DNA of 64,000 nt from Octopus sinensis (Eukaryota): contig NC_043009.1 in the NCBI RefSeq assembly GCF_006345805.1, positions 63,736,001 through 63,800,000 of the forward strand. Reading direction: 5' to 3'. The notes under the pieces were generated by a model, which saw only the letters and a list, made by a program, of their open reading frames with translations, had not been told where the DNA came from and made no database searches. Positions 12,185 through 26,822 of the stretch are shown in pieces. The number at the start of each line of letters is the position of its first letter. Positions within the stretch are counted from its first letter, which is position 1. The translations under genes and the position numbers were made by a program.

Positions 12185-12480
12185 TATCATCATCATCATC
12201 ATCGTTTAACGTCCATTCTCCATGCTAGCATGGGTTGGACGGTTCGACCTGGGATCTGTGAAGCCAGAAGGCTGCACCAGGCTCCAGTCTGATCTGGCAG
12301 TGTTTCTACAGCTGGATGCCCTTCCTAACGCCAACCATTCCGTGAGTGTAGTGGGTGCTTTTTACGTGCCACCTGCACAGGTGCCAGGCGAGGCTGCAAT
12401 GGCCACGGTCGGATTGGTGCATATTACGTGCCACCGGCACAGAAGCCAGTCAAGGCAGCACTGGCCACCTTGACTGGCTT
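12185..12480 (-). mobile_element. 5'-truncated 3'-UTR copy of the RTE LINE seen at 37.5-38.8 kb
   Basis: Begins with (CAT)n then cgtttaacgtcc...ccatgctagcatgggttggac, the reverse complement of 38400-38768. Similar copies near 2.1, 14.7, 17.4, 19.6, 20.3, 23.3, 31.7, 32.7, 33.8, 53.9, 57.8 and 60.6 kb. Confidence 0.85.
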
Positions 12481-13067
12481 CCGTATGTATATATATATGA
12501 TATAAATAATATATAAGTGTATGTATATATACATACATATATGTACATACCTACATATGTATGTATATATACATGCATATATGGGTACAGGACATCGAAA
12601 AAACGTTGAACAAAGTGAGAAATGAAAACATAAAACAAAAACATAGAAAACGAACTTTTTTTCAAACAACGAAAGAAACAGAGAAACAAGACATACAACA
12701 TAAAGAATATTCCCCTTCTTCTGTTGTCCCTGTTTCATCTACTCCGCGTTTCAAAGGTAAGGGCAAGATGCGACTTCGTTGAAACAGTCCTTCTCGCAAA
12801 GCAAATTAGATAAAATTTGGGATTTTTTGCTGAGGGTAAAAATGGTGACAAGAACAGAACAATAAGAACAAAAAAAGATAGTAAAAACAATAAAAGACAG
12901 AACAATGAGAATAAAACAGTAAAAACAAATGATGAGGGTTGTTAAGCCAAGACAATGGAAAAATTATTCTGAACACTTCACTTCAATAACACTATTATAC
13001 TTGTTCCACGTCCTCGCGTTGTTGTGTTTTCTCTTTGTGTTTTCATGTTTGGATTAACTTTATATAT

Positions 13068-13111
<44 letters not shown>

Positions 13112-13243
13112 ATATATTAAATAATGAGGGGATAAATTGAATATTAATTTAATTAATATCATTTAAAACCAGTAGCCTATCATATAGAAAAGTCTGAAAA
13201 TTCATATATATATATATATACGTAGGCTGTATACGATATGTAT

Positions 13244-13780
13244 TGGCAGGTTGCCAACCTTTCCTAATATGATCCAGAATACATTCCCATTAACTGTATC
13301 AAAAGCCTTTGATGGTTGAATAAGCACTTGATAAAGATCAACACACCATTCAAAACATTTCTCTTGTATTTACCAAACAGTAGTAATCATATCCAAATCT
13401 CCCTCTCCTTCTCCAAGACTAGTTTTATAGTAAGACAGATGGACACGTTTTTTTGGAGAAGTCAGTTCAAAAGAACCCTTGAAATTAATTTTTAAAAGCA
13501 AAGCGATATCTCAATAGCTTCCACATGCACTTCTTTACCCCTTGTCGTTATATAATGAAAACATCATAGCATTTCCTACTGCAGATGAAACTAGAAAGCA
13601 TGTTCGTTCCAGTACTTCATAATACCATTTGAAGTTTGGGCATTCTTAGAATTTTCTTTATCAACCATGGTTGTAATGTATAAATCTTGAGGCCCTTAAA
13701 ACAATTTTATAGTTCATACGTGCAACTAATATCCTTCCTCACAGGCAATGCCTCTATTTCAACAGCTTTTTTATTCATTA
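13244..13780 (-). mobile_element. Old RTE-clade LINE reverse-transcriptase fragment
   Basis: Minus frames give QIQEKC and SKAFDTVNGNVFWIILGKVGNLP, matching the RTE RT QEKC...DxxKAFDTV motif; disrupted. Confidence 0.6.
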
Positions 13781-15050
13781 GCTGTCCTTCATCCACCATC
13801 GCTTGACAACCGATGCTGGTGTGTTTATGTCCCCATAACTTAGCAGTTTGGCAAAGGGGGCCGATAGGATAAGTACTAGGCTTACAAAGACTAAGTCTTG
13901 AGGTTGATTTGTTCGACTGAAACGCAGTGCTCCAGCATGGCCGCAGTCAAATGACTGAAGCAAGTAAAATTTTTTTTTTAAATACTTTTAAAAGAACATG
14001 CAGAAGCCCACAGTTTAGAAAGAACAGTACGGCAGGGATTTAGCATGAATTAAAATAGTCTTTGAATGTTGCACCACGTCTCATGAATCAATTTTGAATA
14101 CGCTTGGCATATAATGCCATCTGCATCGTTTGAAGCATAGGTGATAGATAAAGTAACTGTGCGCTTCCAACTGCTTAGGCCTGCACATGTCACAGCTCTT
14201 CTGCTGTCATAGAACTTTCAAGAGATGGAATGAAAAAATGAGGTCACCTTCAAGAAACATCTGTTCGTCACTGGATTATAGTGGTAAGCGCTAATACAAT
14301 GCAGACAGCACTCTCTGAGTTCCTGCGATTAGTAACTAAGGACAGGCTGAAGCAAGATAACCCCATAGTCACATGAAGCCACAGGTTTTACATCAATGTG
14401 TCCCTCTTCAAGAAGGGTGCTATGACAACAGCTAGGGGACCCTCACTACGGGTGGGTTTGCTGTGTGCCCTGACACCAACCAAGGATATTTCTGTGTACC
14501 TATGCTCAGATGCAATGTCATCACACGTGCTAGTTAACTCATACATACATATGTACATACATACATACACATACAGACACACACACACATATATGCACAC
14601 ACACACATATATGCACACACACACACACATATATGCACACACACACACATATATGCACACACACACACACATGTGGCCAATGCCAGTACCATTGACTGGC
14701 ACCCATGCCAGTGGCACATAGAAAGCACCATTCAAGCGTGGTCAATGCCAGTGTCACCAGGCTGGTTCCCATGCTGGTGGCACATAGAAAGCACCATTTG
14801 AGTGTCGTTAATGCCAGTGCCACCTGACCGTCTTCCATGCTGGTATCACATAAAAAGTACCCACTACACTCTCAGAGTGGTTGGTATTATGCATCCAGCT
14901 GTAGAAACCTTGCCGGATCAGATTGGAGCCTGGTACAGCCTTCTGGATTGCCAGTCCTTATTCAAACTGTCCAACCCATGCCAGCATGGAAAGCAGGCAT
15001 TAAACGATGATGATGATGATAATGATGATGATGATGTTGATGGTGATATA

Positions 15051-15093
<43 letters not shown>

Positions 15094-16239
15094 TATATAC
15101 ATACATATATGTATATATAGACATACATACATATACATATATATATATATATATATTCGGAGACCCCCTTCGGTCACGACACAGACCATGGGATTGCACC
15201 TAGAAAGTTACCCTCCTAGACACAAGTCCGGGTGAGGTTGTTTATGGAAGACCAGCAGTCGCCCATGCATACCAGCCTCCCCTCTCCACACCACCAGTGT
15301 TATCCAAGGGAAAGACAAAGGTCAATACAGCTTGGCACCAGTGACGATACAACTCATTTCTACAGCTGAGTGAACTGGAGCAACGTGAAATAAAGTGTCT
15401 TCTACTATAGCCTCGAGCCGACCAAAGCCTTGTGAGTGGATATATATATGACTGGCTTCTTTCAGTTTCCATCAACCAAATCCACTCACAAGGCTTTGGT
15501 TGGCTCGAGGCTATAGTAGAAGACACTTGGCCCAGGTGTCATACAGTGGGACTGAACCCGGAGCCATGTGGTTGGAAAGCAAACTTCTAACCACACAGCC
15601 ACACATATACTTACTCGCATATATATATATAGACATAGATACTAAGATGCATATACATTCATATTTATATATATACATATAAACGCGCATATGTACACAC
15701 ATATACATACAGACATACATCCTTAACTGCAAGCATAGATAAGTATCTATTCATATACATATATATACATACACACATACAAACTTAAATGCATACGTTT
15801 CTATTTAAATATAGATTTTAGGTTTTCTTATGACCCAACTTAGAAAGACCTTTGTTATTCATGTTTGAGCAGATACTAAATAAATATTACAAAACCTCCG
15901 AAAAATCATTAGTGTTATAATTAACAACAATCCTTTACCTCACCCCACCCCATTTAACCTTCATTTTTCCCACCTCCCACTCTCTCTCCCTCTCCCTTTC
16001 TCTCTCTCCCCCTCTCTTTCTCTGTCTATATATATATATATATAGTTATATATATCTAACAATACTCTAAAATACATACAATTGATGGTAACAGCTGTTT
16101 TGCAAACAATTCCACACAAACATAATAAAAGTTTACCCTAAAAAGGAACAATTAATCTGAAGTCACATTACTTTTATTTTAGCAGAGCTAATGCTTCATT
16201 TGGCTGAGTGTAGGAAAAAATTATGGAAAAATAGGCAAG

Positions 16240-16460
16240 TTTCTATATGTGTCAAATGTAAAGTGTACCAAGCTGTAGCACTTTCGTTTCTGCTGTTTGG
16301 AGCTGGATCCTGGATGGACTACAAAACTTGAGTAGACATGTTACATGCATATATGATGAATGAGACAGCTGCAACAGATTATGAATATTACTCTGATGAC
16401 AAGATCAGGATTGAAAGGGTCCTCTGGTGTGCTGATCTACCTCCTGTGGTGGAAATCTTC
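16240..16460 (+). mobile_element. Old RTE LINE 3' ORF relic
   Basis: YQAVALSFLLFGAGSW resembles RTE YKAVVLSTLLYGSETW; heavily frameshifted. Confidence 0.45.
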
Positions 16461-16475
16461 ATTGATAGAAATTTA

Positions 16476-16867
16476 TCTGTATATATATAAAGCTGAAGTT
16501 GTCTGTGTATAGCAGGTTTGGTAGCCTTCAACTAACACTATCTCCTCCGAGACCCTGCGGCGCAAGTTGACCAAAATTGAGTGTATGATAGAAGAAGGAT
16601 TGCTCTTCCTTCTGTAGAAGAAAAATTCAAATCGGACCATGTTAACACAAAAAATTACTTACATCAAAAAGGTGCTTTTTTTCTATGAAAATCCCTATTT
16701 TTTACGATTTTTTTTGCTGCTGTGTCACCATTTTTCGGTGTATTTCAACCAGAAAAGTGTTTACTTAAAGAGAATAACAAGCTACATAATGCAAAATTTT
16801 TACTTTTCAAAAATTCCAATTCTAAAGGGTCGAAACAAACCTGAGCAATGCAGGGCGATACTGCTAG
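16476..16867 (+). mobile_element. Non-autonomous Helitron
   Basis: Inserted between A16475 and T16868; 5' TC(tgtatatatataaag), 3' hairpin CCTG-agcaatg-CAGG (16840-16854) followed by terminal CTAG (16864-16867). Confidence 0.6.
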
Positions 16868-18644
16868 TATTTGATAAAATAGTCTGAATGCTAAAAGGTT
16901 AAACCTATATCTACATCTAATGACATATCAGATGGTTGCTATCACAGTATTTGCCATCTTGGAACAAACTGTCTTCAATTTATGCTGTTTTGTGAGATAT
17001 TCTCTATGGCAGGCACTTCATGGCATTTCTTTGTTGACAGGAAACTTTGTGAGTCCAATTAGTTGCTAAGTGATGACTTGAATCAGCATCAGTTAGATTT
17101 TGTCAATAGAAAAATGAAGCTCAGATTCATTGCTTTATAGCATGAAACTGTTATCCATTTTAAAAGATGAAAAAAAATCACCGCAGAAAGAATGTGGAAG
17201 GCAATCTCCAAAAATTTGCAGAGCTCAGATATTTTATCAAATATTGTCGGATACTGTAACTCAACTATTTACAAAGTGAAATTGTATATTCTTGTGAATA
17301 TACTAACGAAATTTGTACTGAAATTCACATTTAAATATGAATGGGCTCACGTGGCCAGCTACAGCCTGTATGGTCTTTTGAACCTAAAGACTTTCAGCCA
17401 GCTATGTCCAGGTTGGTCTCATCACCATCATCATCATCATCATCATCGTTTAACGTCCACTTTCTATGCTAGCATGGGTTGGACGATTTGACTGAGGGCT
17501 GGTGAACCAGATGGCTTGCACCAGGCTCCAATCTTGATCTGGCAGAGTTTCTATAGATGGATGCCCTTCCTAATGCCAACCACTCCGAGAGTGTAGTGGG
17601 TACTTTTTACGTGCCACCGGCACGAGGGCCAGTCTGGTGGTACTGGCAACAGCCATGCTCAAATGGTGTTTTTTATGTGCCACCTGCACAGGAGCCAGTC
17701 CAGTGGCACTGGCAACGACCTTGCTTGAATGTTTTTTTTGTCAAAAGGGTTAAACCTATATCTACATCTTACGATATATCAGATGGTTGCTTTTCATAGC
17801 TTTTGTCATCTTAAAACAACCTGTCTTTGATTTACACTGTTTTATGAAATATTTTCTATGGCAGGTGCTTCATGGCATTTCTTTGTTGACAGGAAATTTG
17901 GCAACTCAAGTTAGTTGTCAAGTGATGACTTAGGTTGGTGTCAGTTGGATTGTGTCTATAGAAAAATCAATCAATGATAAAATATCTTTTACTTATATCA
18001 ACCATAGGGCTGTGGCCAACTGGGGCACTGCCTCAAAAGGTTTAGTTGAACAAATCAACCCCAGTCCATTTTCTTTTAAAGGTTGGCACTTGTTCTGTTG
18101 GTGACTTTTCCAAAACCTTTAAGTTACAGAGACATAAACAAACTAACACTGGTTCTCAGGCAGTGAGGGGACAGACATAAACACAAAGACACACCTATAT
18201 ACACATACACACACACATGCACACATCACACATGCATACATACACACATGCACTCATGCACACACACATGCACTCACGCACACACACACACATGCACACA
18301 TGCACACACACACACACACGCAAACAAGCAAACATACATATATGTATGTATATATGTATATATATGTATGTATGTATAAATGTATATATGTATATGTATG
18401 TATGTATGTATGTATGTATATATAAAGATCATTTTAGTTTGCTGTACCCGCACTCCATAAACATAATTGTAGTTAGTGTCTTTTGTGACTCTCAGAGTTA
18501 ATTTTTTGACTCTTATTTATAGCAATCGTCTGTGCTATTTTACCCCCTTTATTTATTAATTCTATTTTGGTTTTTAATTGCTAGCCACACATATTATATT
18601 GTGTTTAATATATCTTAATATATTAATATAACATTGTAGTATCT

Positions 18645-18677
<33 letters not shown>

Positions 18678-19532
18678 GCAGATAATAAAATACATTAATG
18701 CTACATCACCGTTTTCTAAATTTTCTTCTGAATATTTATAAACCAGGATTTATATATTATTTTAAGAATATTATTATTCACAAAAAGTACTAGGCAATGA
18801 ACCAGTAATTCATTGGATATTACTATCCCTTAATGAGACTGTTTTAACCTCTAATTGAATGTATATATATATATGAATATACAAATGTGTGTGTGTGTAT
18901 ATATATATATATATGCATGATGAGCTTTCATCAACTTAATTCACCTACAACACTTTGATGTCATCCTGAGGCTATAGTAGAAAACACTTGTTCAAGGTGC
19001 TACACAGTGGGACTGAATCTGAAACCAGTGCCAACAAATTGCTATTTTTACAATTCTTGATAAATGCATATTTTTGTAATCTCAGAGGATTTTCTATCAA
19101 CATTCTATTTAGATATCTTTTTACATATTTCAAATGATTTTCTTGTGATCATATCCTTTGTATCCATAAAAGTATGTAATTTTCTTTCTTCACCTTTCAA
19201 ATAATTTGACATAAAAACGTGTGATCCATGTTCAAGTTTTGAATACTTCTAAGTTGTTTTACCTTACCTGTATTTACATGTTTAAAATTTTACTTGAGAA
19301 TAGTTGGTTTATGATTATGATCTAAACATAGACTGCATCAATAAAATGCTTCTGAAACAGGTGTAATAAATTTCAAACCTTGATTGTGTTCTTCTTCTAT
19401 ATGTGCCTATGCCACACCTGGAACCAACCCTGAGTTAGATCTATGATTTATATTGGATTAGTACATTTATATATATATATATATATATATACATATATGT
19501 ATGTATGTATATATATATGTGTGTATATATAT

Positions 19533-19601
<69 letters not shown>

Positions 19602-19858
19602 TATATCATCATCATCATCATCATCATTTAGCGTCCGCTTTCCATGCTAGCATGGGTTGGACGGTTCAACTGGGGTCTGTGAAGCCAGAAGGCTGCATCA
19701 GGCCCAGTCTGATCTGGCAGTGTTTCTATGGCTGGATGCCCTTCTAACGCCAACCACTCTGTGAGTGTAGTGGGTGCTTTTTACATGCCACCCGCACAGG
19801 TGCCAGACGGAGCTGGCAAACGGCCACGAACAGATGGTGCTTTTTACATGCCACCGGC

Positions 19859-19914
<56 letters not shown>

Positions 19915-19972
19915 ATATATATATACATATATTTAGATATATATATACACACCTATATATATATTTCCATGA

Positions 19973-20236
19973 TGTATAAAAGATCATGGGTTAAGCCAAA
20001 ACAATGCAAAGTAAATGCAAGGTAAATCACAAGAAAACAAATACGTGAATTAATGTAGACTTATCTTATATTCAAAATATCAGGGTTATGACCCCATTTC
20101 CAAGAAATTGATGAATTTCTTGAAAATGATATATTGAATGCAAATTAAGTCTACATTAATTCACGTATTTGTTTTCTTGTGATTTACCCTGCATTTACTT
20201 CACATTGTTTTGGCTTAACCTATGATCTTTTATGCA
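19973..20236. mobile_element. MITE/foldback with ~95-bp inverted arms and an internal hairpin
   Basis: tataaaagatcatgggttaagccaaaacaatg...gtagactta pairs with taagtctac...cattgttttggcttaacctatgatctttta; inner caagaaatt-gatg-aatttcttg. Confidence 0.75.
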
Positions 20237-20772
20237 ATATATTCTATACAATGCTTCATAGTAATTATTCCGCCGCCTCCACTGGCTTCTGCGCCAGTGG
20301 CACGTAAAAAGCGCCATCCAAAAGTGGCCAATGCCAGTGCCGCCTTGACTGGCTTCCATGCCGGTGGCACGTTAAAAGCACCAACCGATCGTGGCCGCTG
20401 CCAGACTCCCCTGGCACGTAAAAAGCACCCACTACACTCGCGGAGTGGTTGGCGTTAGGAAGGGCATCCAGCTGTAGAAACACTGCAAGATCAGACTGGA
20501 GCCTGGTGCAGCCTCCTGGCTTCCCAGACCCCGGTTGAACCGTCCAACCCGTGCTATCGCGGAAAACGGATGTTAAACGATGATGATGATGATGATGATG
20601 ATATATATATAACCAGCCGAAATTGCAAAGATAGTCTGGAACTTGACTGAAGAAAGAAAAATCCGAATGACCCGTCCTTGTTTTCTTTGTATTGTCTCTC
20701 TGGATGTTTTGCTGTCCCTTTTTCATATCACCTAACTGTCTGGATGTTTTGCGTTCTTGTCCCATTTTGAAT

Positions 20773-20803
<31 letters not shown>

Positions 20804-21496
20804 ACTTATCAGTATTATCTTAAATACATATAAACCTGTAATATTTTATTTATCTTCAAATAAATTCATGCTGCTTTGATTTAAATTTCAGATTTTAAAT
20901 CACTGAAAGGGAAAATGGCAACTCTTGTGTGTTGGAACCATCATTTTCTACAGTCTTTTAGTATAAGTCGAAGATCATAGAACAGAGCTAATTCCAAGCC
21001 TTGTAGTATAGGCCTAAGATCACAGAATAGAGTTCAACATCATAGAATGCTGATAAATACAAGGAATAAATAGCTAAATGTTATAGAATGGAACAAATTA
21101 AATTATTGTCAAGTCAGCAACTTTGGTTTATTGCTCATTGAAGCTATTTCTCACCATGTATGTTATTAATAATCTTCAGAAAGCTAATAAACGTCACAGC
21201 ATTTCTTTTTATCTTACTTTAAGCCCTTGCATATAAAATCTATAAATAATTTATTAATGGCTGGTCAAATCAGTAACTTCACAACAAGTGACAAGATTTT
21301 GAATAAAATTACAGATTATTGTTAATACTTGATTGCAAATCTTCTCCAGTAGTTTCACAGCTGTCTTCAAATCTCTCTGGTGATATCCACTCATCTCCAG
21401 CCCTTGCAGCCATATCTGGTGATGATTAGTTGTATCCAGTTCTGTCTGGTTGTATCCAGTTCAATCCAGTCATCTATGCTATGGTCATTCACAGTT

Positions 21497-22203
21497 GGAA
21501 TAATAATAATAATAATGAAATTATTGTATACAGTGCTTGGGTGCACCACAACTTGTCAAAAGTGCATATAAAGCATATGCAGTAATGTACAAATGTCTGG
21601 AAAGCGAATAATGTACGAGTCAGATACATGCTTGCGTGTGTATGGAGGGGAGAAAATCAGGTGTAGTGTTGGCAAATCTCAGGAAACATGGAAGTTTTGA
21701 AGGATGCAGTGCTCCGACAACTAATAACTGACGCCGGCAGTTTGTTCCATGCTTCAGCAACTCTTAGCGTGAAAAAACGTTTCTGAAAGTCATGGGGGCT
21801 GTGCTGTTTTTTGACTTTGTAAACACGTCCACGGGTGTTAGACAGGTGGAGTTTGAAAAGGTGCTCAGAGTTATTGTTAGTAAGATGGTTGATAATTTTA
21901 TGGGTGTCTTCCAAGTCAGCTGCCAGATGTCGGAGTTTCAATGTATCCATGCCCAGGGAAGTAAGGCGTTCAGAATATGGCAAATGCTTGATGGTTGCAC
22001 ATTACTGAACGGTTTCCAGACGATTAATATCCTGGGCAAGTTAAGGGTTCCAGACCGGTGATGCAAATTTGGCCGTACCATAGCTATATAAAGCCTCAGA
22101 TAGATAGTCGGAGAGCGGCTCACAAAGGACTTCTTAGCAATTTTAGCAATGTGTTTTGCCCAATGCAAATTGCTGTCGACAATAATGTCCAGGTCATGTT
22201 CAC
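21497..22203 (-). mobile_element. CR1-type LINE 3' fragment, family A
   Basis: Minus ORFs: DLDIIVDSNLHWAKHIAKI, YIAMVRP, PYSERLTSLGMDTLKLR, FFTLRVAEAWNKLP; (ATT)n tail at 21497. Confidence 0.85.
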
Positions 22204-22575
22204 ATACTCTTTTACTCGTTTCATTCATTTGACTGCTGCCATGCTGGAGCACTGCCTTTAGTCGAGCAAATCAACCCCCAGGACTTATTCTTTGTAAGCC
22301 TAGTACTTATTCTATTGGTCTCTTAGCTGAATCACTAAGTTATGGGGACGTAAACACACCACCATCGGTTGTCAAGCGATGTTGGGGGGGACACACATAC
22401 ATATATATGTATACATATATACAATGGGATTCTTTCAGTTTCCATCTACTAAATCCACTCGCAAGGCTATAGTAGAAGACACTTGCCCAAGGTACCACAC
22501 AGTGGGATTGAACCCGGAACCATGAGGTTGGTATATGTGTGTGTGTGTGTATGTGTATATACACATATCTATATC

Positions 22576-22607
<32 letters not shown>

Positions 22608-22994
22608 TATACATATATATATATCTATATATATATATATGTGTGTGTGTGTGTATGCCTGTGTATTCATATGTATTTATGTATTTATGTATGTATGCAT
22701 GTATATTTGGTTCATAATCCTGTGCTTCTTGGTTGGATTCTACTCTACAGCATCTTGGACAAGTGACTTTTCTCTAGCCTCAAGTTGATGAATGCCTTCT
22801 AAGTGGAACTGTGTAGGCAGAAACTGTATGAAACCCTATCAAGCATGACTGACTGCAATTACTCTCACAGGACACATTCAACAGCCGAGGATGACAAAGG
22901 CAAACCAGTTCTTTATTGAACAAAGACAGCTTTATGGAGGTTCCATTAGGCCAAGAGCAAGTAATATTTTACTTAATAGTGTCTACTTTATTCC

Positions 22995-23258
<264 letters not shown>

Positions 23259-23599
23259 TATCATCATCATCGTTTAACGTCCGCTTTCCATGCTAGCATG
23301 TGTTGGATAGTTTGACTGGAGACTGGCAAGCCAGAAGGCTGCACCAGGCTCCAGCTTGATCTGGCAATGTTTCTACGGCTGGATGCCCTTCCTAATGCCA
23401 ACCACTCCGAGAGTATAGTGGGTGATTTTTATGTGTCACTGGCGCATGAGCCAGTCAGGTGTACCTGGCATCGACCGCATTTAGATGGTGCTTTTTATGT
23501 GCTACTGTCATGGGAGCCGGTCAGGGAGCACTTGCTACAGCTGCAATCTTGGTTTTACTTGGCTCATCAGGTCTTCTCAAGCATCTCACACGATGCATC

Positions 23600-23830
23600 A
23601 GGGGTACTCTTAACTGGGTCAGACATATCCAAATCTTCAGAGACAATGGACTGGACTGAACCATAATTAATCTGCACATCCTCTGATAGCTCACGGATGG
23701 TGATTTGATGATTTCCCCTCACAGCTCCATGCACATCTGCTATAATTTTCTCAGTTCTGCTGGTTGTGGGCCTCCCAGGACATTCATGAATATCAACATT
23801 TTTCAGCCATCTTGGAAACCTCTGAACCCC
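23600..23830 (-). mobile_element. Mariner transposase N-terminal (HTH) relic
   Basis: CPGRPTTSRTEKIIADVHGAVRGNHQITIRELSEDVQINYGSVQSIVSEDL matches the mariner RSGRP...TIRE...ISYGSVQSIL.EDL pattern. Confidence 0.75.
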
Positions 23831-24739
23831 TCTCATATACTTTCTGCAACTTTGCATAGGCCCGAGCAGTTATCGCCATGAAAACCTTCTCTGACATGAT
23901 CAATGTGACAATCACACACTACACACCTTCCTTCCAAGCACTGCTGTAAACAGTGGCAGTGAGATAGAATGTTAAAACTTAGTGCACATGTACAACAGAG
24001 GTCAAGGTCAATCTGTGCCAAGTGCCTTTACTCTGCATGTTTTAGTTTCGTTACTATGGCAGCAGTCCTGATATTTATTGATTAGACCTTGTATGTATGT
24101 AGAGGTGCAATGGTCCAGTGGTTAAGGCAACAGACTCGCAATTGTAGGATCATGGTTTCAATTCCCAGACCAGGCGTTGTGAGTGTTTATTGAGCGAAAA
24201 CACCTAAAGCTCCACAAGGCTCCAGCAGGGGGCGGTGGCGAACCCTGCTGTACTCTTTCACCACAACCTTCTCTCACTCTTTCTTCCTGTTTCTGTTGTA
24301 CCTGTATTTCAAAGGGGCCATCCTTGTCACACTCTGTGACATGCTGAATCTCCCCGAGAACTACGTTAAGGGTACACGTGTCTGTGGAGTGCTCAGCCAG
24401 TTGCAAGTTAATTTCACAAGCAGGCTGTTCTGTTGATCGGATCACCTCAAACCGTTGTCATAGTAACCGACGGAGTGCCACAACAATGTATGTATGTATG
24501 CATGCAAATATTAACCTTTACAAGGAAAAGTTTGACAGGGACTTCAAAGTTTCTGCTTACTTGCCTTCATTAGACAGTCTGGTGGAGAAGGCAGGCAAGC
24601 TAAAATTTCATTGGAATGGCCAACCTTTTCAATGTAAAGGATTATGAATATATGATCTACAAAAATGTAATACGTAATCTTTCGGTTTAATGTTAAATTT
24701 TTTTCATATTTAATTTGACATAAAAAACAAATGTTACTC

Positions 24740-24799
<60 letters not shown>

Positions 24800-25303
24800 C
24801 TGGTGTAAAATTTACTGCAATTATTAATAACCGTCAATTTCAAAGTGGTAAGTCACAGCTTGGGAAAGATTTCACTAACCAAAATAATACCCAATAAAAT
24901 CGACTTATAACTAAGTCTATTTATTCCATTGTCATGGAACTCTGGACATAAACAAACCAACACTGCTTATCAAGCAATGGTGGAGTACAAACACAGGCAC
25001 AAAAACTCGCACACATACATGCGAAAGCACACACACACACATACACACACACACACACACACATATTGGGCTGTCAGATAAATTTGCTTGTCTCTTTCCA
25101 ATGTTACTCTCTGTTACTCTGTTACTTGTTTCAGTCATGTGACTGTGGCCATGCTGGAGCACTGCCTTTAGTCAAGCAAATCGACTCCAGGGCTTATTCT
25201 TTGTAAGCCTAGCAATTATTCTATCGGTCTCTTTTGCCGAACCGCTAAATTACGGGGACGTAGACACACCGGCATTGGTTGTCAAGCGATGTTGGAGGGA
25301 CAA

Positions 25304-25334
<31 letters not shown>

Positions 25335-25620
25335 CACGACGGGATTCTTTCAGTTTCCGTCTACCAAATCCACTCACAAGGCTTTGGTCGGCCCGAGGCT
25401 ATAATAGAAGACACTTGCCCAAGGTGCCCCGCAGTGGGACTGAACCCAGAACCATGTGGTTGGTAAGCACACAGCCACTTCTATGCCTCCTTAAATTACC
25501 ATGGAAACTATTTTCTCGTAGTGTTTTATGGGGAAGTGAATAGTTGCAGCTTTATCTTTCTTCTAAAACATTTTTTTATCATTTTTAAATTTGAATAAAT
25601 TTTACCTCTTTTTTAGAAAA

Positions 25621-25780
25621 ATGACAACAGAATGCCAAACAGAAAAACAAAGAAATCAACATTTCCAATGCCTGCCTCTCTCCACTTTCAGTCTTGGTTC
25701 CAGAGTAGCCAAACCCACTTCAGACATTTGTACTGCATATGGAGAAGCACTGATACTCCAAGAACTGTACAGAAATGGTG
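25621..25780 (+). mobile_element. Mariner transposase 5' relic
   Basis: MTTECQTEKQRNQHFQCLPLSTFSLGSRVAKPTSDICTAYGE resembles mariner N-termini (..EHFRH..F.F..G.KAA.A.RDICAVYGE). Confidence 0.55.
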
Positions 25781-26039
25781 TGTCTGGGGCGAGTCATTCT
25801 CTTTGAGCGCCTTATAATTTAACACACTCTCCAATAAAATTTCCACTTATTTTTTTTTTATTTTTCTAAAAAAATTTTTTAAATTTTTTCTTTTTCTTTT
25901 TTTTTTCTCCCCAAAAAGAAAAGCTCTACTTTGTAATTTGTCCCCTCTGTTTTCAGCCCTGTGTGGCTAATAAAGAAACATATTATGAATTGGAGAGGGA
26001 GAAGAACTGTACTTTGACAGACCCCTATCATCACAAGCT

Positions 26040-26114
<75 letters not shown>

Positions 26115-26190
26115 CAGATAGATAGACAGATAGATAGATAGATAGACAGATAGATAGATAGATGATAGATAGATAGATAGATAGATAGAT

Positions 26191-26275
<85 letters not shown>
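26040..26275. repeat. (GATA)n microsatellite
   Basis: Read directly. Confidence 0.95.
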
Positions 26276-26494
26276 TGACCGGCTTCTTTCAGTTTCTGTC
26301 TCCCAGACCCACTCACAGGGCTTTAGTCAGTCTGAGGCTATAGCAGGTGACTCGTGCCCCAAATGCCATGCAAAGGGACTGAACCCAAGACCATACTACT
26401 GGGAAATAGGCTTCTTAACCACACAGCTATGCCTGCACCTATTAAAAATGCCCCTTTATATTTGAGTTGAAACCCCACTGCGTTCAATTTTATG

Positions 26495-26822
26495 TGAAGG
26501 CGCGTGGCTTAGTGGTTAGGGGCATTCGGCTCATGATCGTAAGGTCGTGAGTTCAATTCCTGACGGCGCGTTGTGTCCTTGAGCAAGACACTTTATTTCA
26601 CGTTGCTCCAGTCAGTCCACTCAGCTGGCAAAAATGAGTAGTACCTGTATTTCAAAGGGTCAGCCTTGTCACACTGTGTTACGCTGAATCTCCCCGAGAA
26701 CTACATGTTAAGGGTACACGTGTCTGTGGAGTGCTCAGCCACTTACACGTTAATTTCACGTGCAGGCTTTTCCGTTGATCGGACCAGCTGGGACCCTCAT
26801 CGTCGCAACCGACAGAGTGCTC
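26495..26822 (+). mobile_element. tRNA-headed SINE family 3
   Basis: tggcttagtggttagg (A box), gagttcaattcc (B box), core gtgtccttgagcaagacactttatttcacgttgctccag. Related copies near 11.5(-), 15.2(-), 24.1(+), 27.5(-), 35.8(+), 47.3(-) and 59.2(-) kb, with differing tails. Confidence 0.8.

Noticed and set aside
12735-12790. Minus-strand GAAACGCG with upstream AACGAAG as another hammerhead
   Set aside because: The core is not CUGANGA, and helices I and II cannot be drawn convincingly.
20610-20670. ccGAAATTGCAA...CTGAAGA as a permuted (type II) hammerhead
   Set aside because: No U16.1-H17 triplet and no helix II partner.
21290-21496. Open minus frame DDWIELDTT...DLKTAVKLLEKICNQ as a host exon
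   Set aside because: It needs removal of a 20-bp duplication to stay in frame and has poor splice signals; more likely a decayed transposase tail, too weak to call.
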